A stretch of DNA of 32,000 bases, from the NCBI RefSeq assembly GCF_000175255.2, contig NC_017262.1, positions 690,001 to 722,000 on the forward strand, given 5' to 3'. The translations under genes and the position numbers were made by a program. The notes under the pieces were generated by a model that was not told the DNA's origin, ran no database searches, and worked only from the letters and a program-made list of their open reading frames with translations. Source of the stretch: Zymomonas mobilis subsp. mobilis ATCC 10988 (lineage in GTDB: Bacteria > Pseudomonadota > Alphaproteobacteria > Sphingomonadales > Sphingomonadaceae). This document shows, piece by piece, positions 1 through 10,485 of the stretch; the stretch's first letter is position 1, and each line of letters opens with the position of its first letter.

Positions 1-18
1 TAATTCCTATGCAAAGCA

Positions 19-55
19 TTTCTATCGAGTAAGCCTTATGCTTACTCGATAGAAA
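19..55. repeat. Perfect 16-bp inverted repeat (TTTCTATCGAGTAAGC / GCTTACTCGATAGAAA) with a 5-nt loop
   Basis: Read directly: arms 19-34 and 40-55 are exact reverse complements. No U-run follows on either strand, so it is not a canonical intrinsic terminator. It may be a protein-binding palindrome or an RNA hairpin. Confidence 0.6.
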
Positions 56-212
56 ACGCAGATAGTAATTGCGGTTACTGCTCTCGATTTCCAGCATCAC
101 CTCATTATTCATTATTTCCACATTCAAAAAATAAAAAATAAAAATGATGGAAAGGGATAGCTCTTCAGGCGTTCATAAAAACAACGATCAAAATAACGGG
201 GAATAAAACTCT

Positions 213-241
213 TTTGAATAAAGAGCCTCGTTTTATTCAAA
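213..241. promoter_or_regulatory. AT-rich inverted repeat TTTGAATAAA-N9-TTTATTCAAA upstream of ohr; candidate operator
   Basis: 10-bp perfect arms at 213-222 and 232-241, about 30 bp upstream of the ohr start. ohr genes are typically repressed by OhrR, which binds AT-rich palindromes. The assignment is inferred. Confidence 0.3.
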
Positions 242-273
242 GCATATCGTTTTGAAGATAAGGAGTATACCGA

Positions 274-699
274 ATGTCTGTTGATGCTAAATACCATGCA
301 ACTGCCATAGCAACCGGTGGCCGTGATGGCCGTTCGCGTACGACGGACGGTTCCTTAGATATCAAAATGACGGTACCAAAAGAGCTGGGCGGTCCAGGCG
401 GTGAAGGTAATAATCCGGAACAACTTTTTGCAGCGGGTTATTCGGCCTGTTTCCTTGGTGCAATGAAGGCGGTCGCGCCAAAACTCAATCTAACGGTGCC
501 GAAGGATGCAACCGTTGAGGCTACGATTGGGATTGGCCCCCGTTCCGAAGGTGGCTTCGGGATCACTGCGGATCTCTCTATTCATCTGCCAGGTTTTTCT
601 AAAGAAGATGCAAAAAAACTGGTGGAAACGGCTCATCAAGTCTGCCCTTATTCCAATGCGACCAGAAATAATGTCAATGTTGGCTTAAAAATCGTCTAA
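274..699 (+). CDS. ohr: Organic hydroperoxide resistance protein (Ohr/OsmC family)
   Basis: 141 aa with the two Ohr catalytic Cys contexts (GYSACFLGA and QVCPYSNATR). An AAGGAG Shine-Dalgarno lies about 8 nt upstream of the ATG. Confidence 0.85.
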   Translation: MSVDAKYHATAIATGGRDGRSRTTDGSLDIKMTVPKELGGPGGEGNNPEQLFAAGYSACFLGAMKAVAPKLNLTVPKDATVEATIGIGPRSEGGFGITADLSIHLPGFSKEDAKKLVETAHQVCPYSNATRNNVNVGLKIV

Positions 700-736
700 C
701 AAGATTGATTTTTCTTCATTTTTTCTAGATTTATCC

Positions 737-782
737 GGCTTTCGGTGCCTATTCTTCACGATGTGGGGTGGCGCCGAAAGCC
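737..782 (+). terminator. 13-bp stem (one G-U pair) with a 20-nt loop between ohr and gyrA; possible ohr terminator or gyrA leader structure
   Basis: GGCTTTCGGTGCC (737-749) pairs with GGCGCCGAAAGCC (770-782) and is followed by TTCTTACGTT. The structure contains the GTG at 768 that the ORF track used as the gyrA start. Confidence 0.35.
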
Positions 783-854
783 TTCTTACGTTACAAGAAG
801 GCAAGCGTTTCCCAGACGCCTATTTATGTCCACTTAATCGGAAGATATGATCCC

Positions 855-3545
855 TTGGCCAGCGTATTGCCGTCCACAGACACCAACGATATTTCACCTG
901 TTTCTATCATTGATGAAATGAAGTCGAGTTATCTCGACTATGCCATGTCTGTCATTGTATCCCGTGCCTTGCCTGATGTGCGTGATGGGCTAAAACCTGT
1001 CCATAGACGCATTTTATTTGCGTCACAGGAAGGTGGTTTTGTTCCAGGGCATCCCTATCGCAAATCGGCAAAAATCGTCGGTGAAGTGATGGGTAATTTC
1101 CATCCCCATGGTGACTCTGCCATCTACATGGCCTTGGCTCGTCTTACACAAGACTGGTCAATGCGGGTGCCTCTGATAGACGGTCAAGGCAATTTCGGTT
1201 CCATGGACCCAGATGGCCCGGCGGCCATGCGTTATACCGAAGCCCGCCTATCTCCGGCAGCGATGATGCTTCTCGCTGATATTGATCGGGACACGGTTGA
1301 TTTTTCGCCTAACTATGACGGCTCCAGACAAGAACCTCAGGTTTTACCAGCCCGTTTTCCCAATCTTCTGGTAAACGGCGCGGGTGGTATTGCTGTTGGT
1401 ATGGCCACCAATATTCCACCTCATAATCTCGGCGAAGTTCTAGCAGCCTGCCGTGCCTATATTGCTGATCCGGCGATTTCTATCGAAGATCTTATTCGCC
1501 TTGTCCCTGGCCCTGACTTCCCGACAGGCGGTGTTATGCTCGGTCAAGGTGGTGCAAGGTCGGCTTACCAAAATGGCCGAGGTTCGATTATCATTCGTTC
1601 TCGATATAATATCGAAGAGAAACATGGTGACCGTCGTTCGATCGTTTTAACTGAGATTCCTTATCAAATCGGTAAAAGCGCCCTTGTTGAAAAAATTGCC
1701 GAGGCAGCGAAAGACAAGCGGGTCGAAGGTATCAGCGATATTCGTGATGAATCCAATCGCGAAGGGGTTCGGGTTGTCATTGACCTGAAGCGCGATGCAA
1801 CGCCTGATGTTGTTCTGAACCAGTTATGGCGTCACACACCTGCACAAAGTAGTTTCCCAGCGAACATGCTGGCGTTGAATGGTGGGCGGCCAGAAACGAT
1901 GTCGTTAAAAGACATTATCGCTGCCTTTGTTCAGTTCCGCGAAGAAGTTATCACCCGTCGTTCCAAATATGATCTTTTCAAAGCACGGGAACGGGCGCAT
2001 CTATTATTAGGCATGGTGATCGCGGTCACTAATTTGGATGAAGTCGTCCGCATTATTCGCAACGCGCCCTCACCCGCCGAAGCGCATAGCGAACTTTCTG
2101 CGCGCAAATGGCCTGTTAATGATGTTCTACCTTACATCAAACTAATCGAAGCCGTTGAAGATTTTGAAGAATCTGGTCTCTATACTCTATCCAAGGCACA
2201 GGTAGACGCTATTCTGGCCTTACGACTTAGCCGCTTGACCGCCATGGGACGGGATCAAATAGGCGAAGAGCTGAAAAAGCTGGCTATCTCTATCAGCGAA
2301 CTTCTGGAAGTCTTACGCAATCGCGAACGCCTCTACGAAATCATGGTAGAAGAATTTGATGCGGTTGAAGCTCAATTCGCGACACCGCGCCGAACTCAGA
2401 TTGTCGCCGCCAGCGATGCTATTGAAGACGAAGACCTGATCGAACGGGAAGAAATGGTCGTAACGGTTACCCATGGCGGCTATATCAAACGGACTCCATT
2501 GGATACTTTCCGCACACAAAATCGTGGAGGTAAAGGCCGTTCGGGTATGGCAACCAAGGACGAAGATGCGGTTACCAATCTCTTTGTGACTTGCACGCAT
2601 ACCCCTGTGCTTTTCTTCTCCAATCATGGGAAGGTTTATCGTCTAAAAGTCTGGCGCTTGCCAGAAGGTGCGCCACAGGCACGCGGTCGCCCAATGGTCA
2701 ATTTGTTGCCTTTAGCCGAAGGTGAAGTGGTCTCAACGGTTTTACCTCTTCCAGAAGATGAAGCGGAATGGGGTAATCTCCATGTTCTCTTTGCGACAGC
2801 CAAGGGCAGTGTGCGTCGGAACTCAATGGATGCTTTTACTAATGTTCCAAGTAATGGGAAATTCGCCATTCGCTTTGAAGAAGGCGACGATGACCGTTTG
2901 ATCGGCGTCACGCTTCTTTCAGAAAATGACGATGTGCTTCTAGCTACCCGTAATGGTAAAGCCATTCGTTTCGCAGCGACCGATGTTCGTGTTTTTCAAA
3001 GCCGCACCTCGACTGGTGTGCGGGGTATCACCTTAAAAGACGGTGATGAGGTTATTTCACTTTCAACGCTGCGTGGGTTTGAAACAACGGTTGAAGACCG
3101 CGATAAATATCTTCGTTCTGCCGCATGGAAAACAGATCCGGCTCCGGCTGAATTGCCACCAGAAAAAATAAAAGCTTTTGAAGAAGCTGAAGACTTTATC
3201 TTAACGGTTACAGCTAATGGATATGGGAAACGGACGTCTTCCCACGAATATCGGCGTAGTAATCGGGGCGGTCAGGGTATTACCAACATCGAAACATCAG
3301 AACGGAACGGTTCCGTTGTTGCCAGCTTCCCTGCCCATGATGGCGATCAATTGATGCTGGTGACTGATCAGGCAAAACTGATACGAACAACCGTTAATGA
3401 TATCCGAATTGCAGGCCGCAATACGCAGGGTGTCACTATCTTTAATGTTGCCGAAGGTGAACAAGTGGTGTCAGCTGCTCGTATCACTGACGATGGTGAC
3501 GATGAAGAAGAAGGCACAGTAGAAAATCAAAGCGGAGAAGCCTAG
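855..3545 (+). CDS. gyrA: DNA gyrase subunit A
   Basis: Contains the YLDYAMSVIVSRALPDVRDGLKPVHRR motif, the catalytic-Tyr motif AAMRYTEARL, and the GyrA box QNRGGKGRSG in the C-terminal domain. The start is uncertain. The ORF is open from GTG 768, but I favour TTG 855, which has GGAAGA 9 nt upstream and lies outside the hairpin. Confidence 0.93.
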   Translation: MASVLPSTDTNDISPVSIIDEMKSSYLDYAMSVIVSRALPDVRDGLKPVHRRILFASQEGGFVPGHPYRKSAKIVGEVMGNFHPHGDSAIYMALARLTQDWSMRVPLIDGQGNFGSMDPDGPAAMRYTEARLSPAAMMLLADIDRDTVDFSPNYDGSRQEPQVLPARFPNLLVNGAGGIAVGMATNIPPHNLGEVLAACRAYIADPAISIEDLIRLVPGPDFPTGGVMLGQGGARSAYQNGRGSIIIRSRYNIEEKHGDRRSIVLTEIPYQIGKSALVEKIAEAAKDKRVEGISDIRDESNREGVRVVIDLKRDATPDVVLNQLWRHTPAQSSFPANMLALNGGRPETMSLKDIIAAFVQFREEVITRRSKYDLFKARERAHLLLGMVIAVTNLDEVVRIIRNAPSPAEAHSELSARKWPVNDVLPYIKLIEAVEDFEESGLYTLSKAQVDAILALRLSRLTAMGRDQIGEELKKLAISISELLEVLRNRERLYEIMVEEFDAVEAQFATPRRTQIVAASDAIEDEDLIEREEMVVTVTHGGYIKRTPLDTFRTQNRGGKGRSGMATKDEDAVTNLFVTCTHTPVLFFSNHGKVYRLKVWRLPEGAPQARGRPMVNLLPLAEGEVVSTVLPLPEDEAEWGNLHVLFATAKGSVRRNSMDAFTNVPSNGKFAIRFEEGDDDRLIGVTLLSENDDVLLATRNGKAIRFAATDVRVFQSRTSTGVRGITLKDGDEVISLSTLRGFETTVEDRDKYLRSAAWKTDPAPAELPPEKIKAFEEAEDFILTVTANGYGKRTSSHEYRRSNRGGQGITNIETSERNGSVVASFPAHDGDQLMLVTDQAKLIRTTVNDIRIAGRNTQGVTIFNVAEGEQVVSAARITDDGDDEEEGTVENQSGEA

Positions 3546-3572
3546 GCGGCCAAGCCGCCGCTTCTTCTCATT
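3545..3572 (+). terminator. Short GC hairpin (GGCGGC-CAA-GCCGCC) with a T-rich tail after gyrA
   Basis: 6-bp GC stem at 3545-3559 overlapping the gyrA stop codon, followed by GCTTCTTCTCATT. Confidence 0.35.
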
Positions 3573-3593
3573 AATTGTAAGTGAATTTTGATA

Positions 3594-4934
3594 ATGCAGC
3601 CTGTCAATATTATCGGTGGAGGCCTTGCCGGTTCAGAAGCCGCATGGCAACTTGCTAGCCGACAAATTCCGGTCAGACTTTTTGAAATGCGTGGGCGTGA
3701 AAAAACGCCTGCGCATAGCACAGATAAGTTAGCTGAATTGGTTTGCTCCAATAGCTTCCGGTCAGATGATCCCAACAGCAATGCCGTCGGCGTGTTACAT
3801 GCTGAAATGCGGAAAATGGGCTCTCTGATTATGATGATAGCTGATCAGCACCGTGTTCCTGCCGGATCAGCGCTGGCTGTTGATCGTGAAGGTTTCGCAG
3901 AAGCCGTAACCAATAGATTACAAAATCATCCTTTAATCGAGATTCACCGCGAGCGGATTGACCATATCCCCGATGAAACTACGATTATTGCATCGGGACC
4001 TTTGACTTCTGACAGTTTAGCCAATGCTATCACGGAATTAACCGGTCGGGATGCGCTTTCCTTTTTTGATGCTATTGCACCGATTGTCTATCGAGACAGC
4101 ATTGATATGGATATCGCCTGGTTCCAATCCCGCTGGGACAAAGGCGATGGTCATGATTATATCAACTGCCCTTTGAACAAAGAGGAATATCTCGCTTTTC
4201 ACGCGGCCTTATTGGCAGGGGAAAAGGGTGATTTTCATGAGTGGGAAAAAGATACCCCTTATTTCGAAGGATGCATGCCTATCGAAGTCATGGCCGATCG
4301 CGGCATTGATACCCTCCGTTTTGGGCCCATGAAACCTGTAGGACTGGATGATCCTCGAACAGGACGATGGCCTTATGGCGCGGTGCAATTAAGGCAGGAT
4401 AATGCTCTTGGCACCCTTTGGAATATGGTCGGCTTTCAAACCAAGTTAAAATATGCCGAACAAATTCGTGTTTTCAGAATGATACCAGGACTAGAAAAAG
4501 CTGAATTTGCTCGGTTAGGGGGAATGCATCGGAACAGCTTTATTCGTTCCCCTGTCCTACTGGATGAATATTTACGTCTGAAAAAACAGACTAACATCCG
4601 TTTTGCTGGTCAGATTACCGGTTGTGAAGGTTATATTGAATCGGCTTCAATCGGATTGTTAGCAGGTATTTTTACTGCCGCAGATAAACTCGATAGGAAG
4701 GTTTCTTCTCCTCCAGTCGAATCAGCTTTAGGTGCATTATTGGGACATATCACTAAAAACGCTGATCCTGACCACTACCAGCCTATGAATATCAATTTTG
4801 GGTTATTTCCACCTATTTCGGAAAAACATCCCAAAAAACAGCGAAAAGCTATGATGGCGGAAAGAGCTAGAAAAGCCCTTGATCAATGGATCTCCGAAGA
4901 GGCTTTTCTGAAAAGCTCTATTTTAGAGCAGTAA
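3594..4934 (+). CDS. trmFO: Methylenetetrahydrofolate--tRNA-(uracil54-C5)-methyltransferase TrmFO (Gid)
   Basis: N-terminal FAD-binding motif [14 protein letters not shown], about 446 aa, with TrmFO-type sequence throughout. ATG at 3594; the ORF track began at TTG 3588. Confidence 0.9.
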   Translation: MQPVNIIGGGLAGSEAAWQLASRQIPVRLFEMRGREKTPAHSTDKLAELVCSNSFRSDDPNSNAVGVLHAEMRKMGSLIMMIADQHRVPAGSALAVDREGFAEAVTNRLQNHPLIEIHRERIDHIPDETTIIASGPLTSDSLANAITELTGRDALSFFDAIAPIVYRDSIDMDIAWFQSRWDKGDGHDYINCPLNKEEYLAFHAALLAGEKGDFHEWEKDTPYFEGCMPIEVMADRGIDTLRFGPMKPVGLDDPRTGRWPYGAVQLRQDNALGTLWNMVGFQTKLKYAEQIRVFRMIPGLEKAEFARLGGMHRNSFIRSPVLLDEYLRLKKQTNIRFAGQITGCEGYIESASIGLLAGIFTAADKLDRKVSSPPVESALGALLGHITKNADPDHYQPMNINFGLFPPISEKHPKKQRKAMMAERARKALDQWISEEAFLKSSILEQ

Positions 4935-4970
4935 ACTTTATTATATTGCTCATCTTTGTTAAAAATTATG

Positions 4971-5016
4971 TATCGATAAAAGATAAATATCATTTATCTT
5001 TTATCGATATTTTTTG
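4971..5016 (+). terminator. Rho-independent terminator after trmFO (18-bp perfect AT-rich stem plus T6)
   Basis: TATCGATAAAAGATAAAT (4971-4988), loop ATC, ATTTATCTTTTATCGATA (4992-5009), then TTTTTT. Confidence 0.6.
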
Positions 5017-6863
<1,847 letters not shown>

Positions 6864-6927
6864 TTCTGACTTAACCTATTTGGGTTAAACAGACTTATTT
6901 TTCCTGTTTTAGGAAAATAGTTAAAAA

Positions 6928-6961
6928 GGCGTTATTGGTTCTTCCAATGACGCCTTTTTTT
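6928..6961 (+). terminator. Rho-independent terminator after gfo
   Basis: GGCGTTATTGG / CCAATGACGCC stem (one G-U pair), loop TTCTT, then a T7 run. Confidence 0.8.
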
Positions 6962-7072
6962 ATAAACAAAAAAATCCTTTTGTCGGTTTTATAAAAATAC
7001 TTCATATTTTGATAAGCCGCCTTAAAAATATAATAAATTTTTATAATATTTATCCGATCAAAGGACCCCTTT

Positions 7073-8020
7073 ATGCTAGAAGTCATTATATCGGCATTAC
7101 TACCGATTATAATTACTTTAATGATAGGTTTTTTCGCTGGCTGGCGTGGTGAATTTACGGCAAATCAAGCCTCGACCTTGAATAAAATGGTCTTACGCTA
7201 TGCCTTACCTATGACTTTATTCTCTGGGATTTTATCACTTCCCAAAACACAGATTTTATCGTCGGGTTCTGCCGCAATTATTTTACTTTTAGCCATGGCT
7301 GGCGGCTATCTAATTACACTTGGGATAGGATATTTTGTCTGCCAGCGCCCAGTGAATGAATCTGCTCTTTTAGCTCTTTCTGTTAGCGCACCTGCAGTTC
7401 CTTTTGTTGGCATAACAGTTCTAGGGCATTTATTTGGCACTGCCAGCACGATATTGGTTTCAATATGTAGCCTGATGATGAACCTCGTGCAGGTTCCCGT
7501 TACCATTTTTCTTTTGTCAGCGTATTCCCCAAAAAAGAATACTGACAAAATAGCCACGGATAGTTCTTTTTTTTCTCATATCAGACATGCTTTTACCGAA
7601 CCTATTGTTATTGCCCCTATTCTAGCTCTTATCTGTGTCAGTCTCTCTATTCCTTTCCCTGAAACCTTAAAATCTTCTTTAATGCTACTAGGAAAAGCGA
7701 CCGGAGGCGTTGCGCTTTTCTCTTCTGGTATAATTTTATTTTCTCGAAAAGTTATTTTAAGTAAAACAGTAGCATCTTTAGTTTTATCAAAAAATATTAT
7801 TATTCCAACAGCGGTATGGGTTCTTGCGTCTATAAATAAAACCCCTCCCCTTATCATTGAACAGACAACAATCACTATGGCTATTCCCAGCGCAGCCATC
7901 ACAACCATGCTAGCCATCCGATATCAATTGATGGAACAGGATATGGCTTCGACTTTATTTTTTAGCACAATTTTATCTATTATCTCTATGGGAGGATTTA
8001 TTCTTCTAACCGCCATTTAA
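7073..8020 (+). CDS. AEC (auxin efflux carrier / Mem_trans) family permease
   Basis: 315 aa, about 10 predicted hydrophobic segments. The N-terminus and overall organisation are typical of AEC-family transporters. Confidence 0.7.
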   Translation: MLEVIISALLPIIITLMIGFFAGWRGEFTANQASTLNKMVLRYALPMTLFSGILSLPKTQILSSGSAAIILLLAMAGGYLITLGIGYFVCQRPVNESALLALSVSAPAVPFVGITVLGHLFGTASTILVSICSLMMNLVQVPVTIFLLSAYSPKKNTDKIATDSSFFSHIRHAFTEPIVIAPILALICVSLSIPFPETLKSSLMLLGKATGGVALFSSGIILFSRKVILSKTVASLVLSKNIIIPTAVWVLASINKTPPLIIEQTTITMAIPSAAITTMLAIRYQLMEQDMASTLFFSTILSIISMGGFILLTAI

Positions 8021-8083
8021 ATTATGTAAGGAGAGCCGGCTTTCTAGAATCGGAAATGCTACGTCAAAAAGGTTTTCTCTTTT

Positions 8084-9745
8084 ATGTCTGATACAAAGTC
8101 TACGGTGGCGAAGCTGTTAGTTAAATGCCTTGAAGCCGAAGGCGTCGAATATGTTTTTGGTATCCCGGGTGAAGAAAATATCCGTCTTATTGATGCCATG
8201 GCGGATTCTTCTATCCGTTTCATCCTGGTTCGCCATGAACAAGGTGCATCCTTTATGGCGGATATGTATGGTCGCCTAACTGGCAAGGCCGGTGTTTGCA
8301 CCGCAACCTTGGGGCCCGGTGCCATCAATCTTTTACTGGGCGTTGCCGATGCTCAAACCGATAGCACCCCTATGGTTGCCATCAGTGCGCAAGTCGGTCT
8401 TAACCGTATTTATAAAGAGTCTCATCAATATATTGACCTTCAGGGCATGTTTGCCCCTGTTACTAAATGGTCAGACACGATCCTGACGCCAGCATCCGTG
8501 CCAGAAATGATGCGGAAAGCCTTTGACCTTGCCCAAAGAGAGCGCCCTGGTGCGGTTTATCTAGCAGTACCACAGGATTTAGAAGAATCTGATGTCTCTG
8601 CGGATTTAAAGCCAATCACCGTCCATCCGGTTCACACAACAGCACCAGATCCTGATCAGGTAGCTGCCACGATTGATTTGATTAAGAAGGCAAAGCAGCC
8701 AATCATTCTGGCGGGTCACGGCGTTGCTCGTAGCCATGCATCAAAACAGCTCATTGAATTGTCTGAACTTTTAAACGTTCCGGTTGCAACTACCTTTATG
8801 GCAAAAGGTGTCATTCCTGATCGCCACCCCAATGCTCTGGGTGTTGCTGGCTTTATGCGCCGCGACTATGAAAATTTTGCGTTTGATGCAGCTGATGTCA
8901 TTTTGTCAGTTGGATATGAATTGCAGGAATTTGCACCTTCAAAAATCAATCCTAATCACGACAAAAAGATTGTCCATATCCATCATTTTGCTGAAGATAT
9001 CGATGCAGCTTATCCGGTAGCCATTGCTATTGAAGCGGATATCGACAAATCTTTGGATGCGTTGATTGATGGATTGAAGAAAACAACTTTCCCGAAATTC
9101 GACAATCATGCCAAAATTAAACAGATCAAAAAAGAAGAATTAGACGGGAATGCGGATGATCAGAGCTTCCCGCTGAAACCACAGCGGATTATCTCTGATA
9201 TCAGAAAAGCTATGGGCGATGATGATATCGTTCTGGCTGATACAGGCGCTATCAAAATGTGGATGGCTCGCCTCTATCCGACCCAAAAGCCTTCGACTTG
9301 TTTAATTTCAAATGGTCTCTCTACGATGGCCTTTGCGCTACCAGGTGCTTTGGCTGCTAAACTTGCCTGCCCTGACCGGAAAGTTCTCGCTGTAATGGGC
9401 GACGGCTCATTCCTGATGAATTCACAGGAAATTGAAACAGCTATCCGCGAAAATATTCCGCTGGTTGTGCTGATCTGGGTCGATGACGCTTATGGCCTTA
9501 TTAAATGGAAAATGGATCTGGAAATAAAGCATCACCGCGATGTGGACTTTACCAATCCTGATTTTGTTCAATATGCAGAAAGTTTCGGGGCTAAAGGCTA
9601 CGAAATCAAAAGTGCCGATATGTTGTTACCTGTCATTGAAAAAGCATTAGCCGATGATGGTGTGTCTATCATCGCTTGCCCAGTAGACTACGCAGAAAAC
9701 AACAAATTGACCGATAAATTAGGTGATCTGACGATCACAATCTAA
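8084..9745 (+). CDS. Thiamine-diphosphate-dependent acetolactate synthase, catabolic AlsS-like (no small subunit adjacent)
   Basis: 553 aa with N-terminal FGIPGEEN...RHEQGASFMADMYGRLTGKAGVC...LGPGAINL and a ThDP/Mg motif region (GDGSFLMNSQEIET). Confidence 0.8.
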   Translation: MSDTKSTVAKLLVKCLEAEGVEYVFGIPGEENIRLIDAMADSSIRFILVRHEQGASFMADMYGRLTGKAGVCTATLGPGAINLLLGVADAQTDSTPMVAISAQVGLNRIYKESHQYIDLQGMFAPVTKWSDTILTPASVPEMMRKAFDLAQRERPGAVYLAVPQDLEESDVSADLKPITVHPVHTTAPDPDQVAATIDLIKKAKQPIILAGHGVARSHASKQLIELSELLNVPVATTFMAKGVIPDRHPNALGVAGFMRRDYENFAFDAADVILSVGYELQEFAPSKINPNHDKKIVHIHHFAEDIDAAYPVAIAIEADIDKSLDALIDGLKKTTFPKFDNHAKIKQIKKEELDGNADDQSFPLKPQRIISDIRKAMGDDDIVLADTGAIKMWMARLYPTQKPSTCLISNGLSTMAFALPGALAAKLACPDRKVLAVMGDGSFLMNSQEIETAIRENIPLVVLIWVDDAYGLIKWKMDLEIKHHRDVDFTNPDFVQYAESFGAKGYEIKSADMLLPVIEKALADDGVSIIACPVDYAENNKLTDKLGDLTITI

Positions 9746-9756
9746 TATATTCTTAT

Positions 9757-9786
9757 AAAGCGTGGGGTATTATTACCCTGCGCTTT
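9757..9786. terminator. Hairpin between the convergent AlsS-like and EF-hand genes (candidate bidirectional terminator)
   Basis: AAAGCGTGGGGTA / TACCCTGCGCTTT stem (two G-U pairs), loop TTAT. A-rich on the 5' side and T-rich on the 3' side. Confidence 0.6.
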
Positions 9787-9831
9787 CATAAAAAGCTTTA
9801 AAATAATAAATCTCTAAATAAAATAAAGAAA

Positions 9832-10254
9832 TTATTTTATATCTTCATGATTTCGGCTTCTGTCTATAGAGGCAAGGTCTTCTTTGTTTAAAAATCCATC
9901 ATGATCTTGATCTGCCTGATCAAAATGTCTGACCGCAGAAGCGGCATACTCATCGAAACTCAGCATGTTATCATGGTTTTTATCTAGCCGTTCAAATGCT
10001 CTTTTGCGTCCAGCTAAATATTCATCGCGGCTTATTTTCTGATCATGATCTAAATCTAGATGTTCAAAATGCCGACTAAACTTATTATTTATATAAGTAT
10101 TTTTTGCATTTTCGGCATATATTCGTACAGGAGATGTCGATTTAATTGACTTTGAAATAATATCAGATGCTCGCCCCGAGCGGCATAATAAAAATACGCC
10201 AGAAGCAATAAGAATAGCGACTCCACCTAGAATAAATGGCAATTTATCTTTCAT
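9832..10254 (-). CDS. Small membrane-anchored or secreted EF-hand calcium-binding protein
   Basis: 140 aa with an N-terminal hydrophobic segment (LPFILGGVAILIASGVFLL). Three EF-hand-like loops: DLDHDQKISRDEY, DKNHDNMLSFDEY, DQDHDGFLNKEDL. Confidence 0.65.
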   Translation of the reverse strand: MKDKLPFILGGVAILIASGVFLLCRSGRASDIISKSIKSTSPVRIYAENAKNTYINNKFSRHFEHLDLDHDQKISRDEYLAGRKRAFERLDKNHDNMLSFDEYAASAVRHFDQADQDHDGFLNKEDLASIDRSRNHEDIK

Positions 10255-10409
10255 AATCTAAAAATCTTGTCTTTAAGAAGAGAAATCGAATATTAAGATT
10301 TGTCTTTAAAAATTTTATTACTTTTTATATCAGAAAAAATGAATTTCTTCAGCATAAAAATGATGAATAATTCATAAATGCCATGAATATTTCAAATATA
10401 AAATACTGC

Positions 10410-10430
10410 CTAGGTTCTGTTGACAAAGGA
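10410..10430. repeat. Left terminal inverted repeat of the IS (CTAGGTTCTGTTGACAAAGGA)
   Basis: Reverse complement of 11244-11264 with one mismatch. Confidence 0.85.
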
Positions 10431-10485
10431 TATAATTTAAAATTTTTAGAGATAAATTGAGAACAAGTTTTGTAGGGTAGACAGG

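Noticed and set aside
6895-7086. A 63-aa minus-strand ORF lies in the gfo-AEC intergenic region.
   Set aside because: It overlaps the gfo terminator hairpins and an AT-rich promoter region. Its Lys/Ile/Phe-rich composition is typical of random AT-rich ORFs, and it has no ribosome-binding site.
7436-7452. GCACTGCCAGCAC inside the AEC permease gene resembles part of an I-F repeat.
   Set aside because: It is a single occurrence inside a well-supported coding frame and needs an indel to align. This looks like coincidence.
10403-10413. ACTGCC/GGCAG at the left IS junction matches 6-7 nt of the I-F repeat stem, hinting that the IS abuts a remnant CRISPR repeat.
   Set aside because: The match is too short to be meaningful, and part of it (TAG) belongs to the IS target or terminus. 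There is no further repeat-like sequence beyond it.
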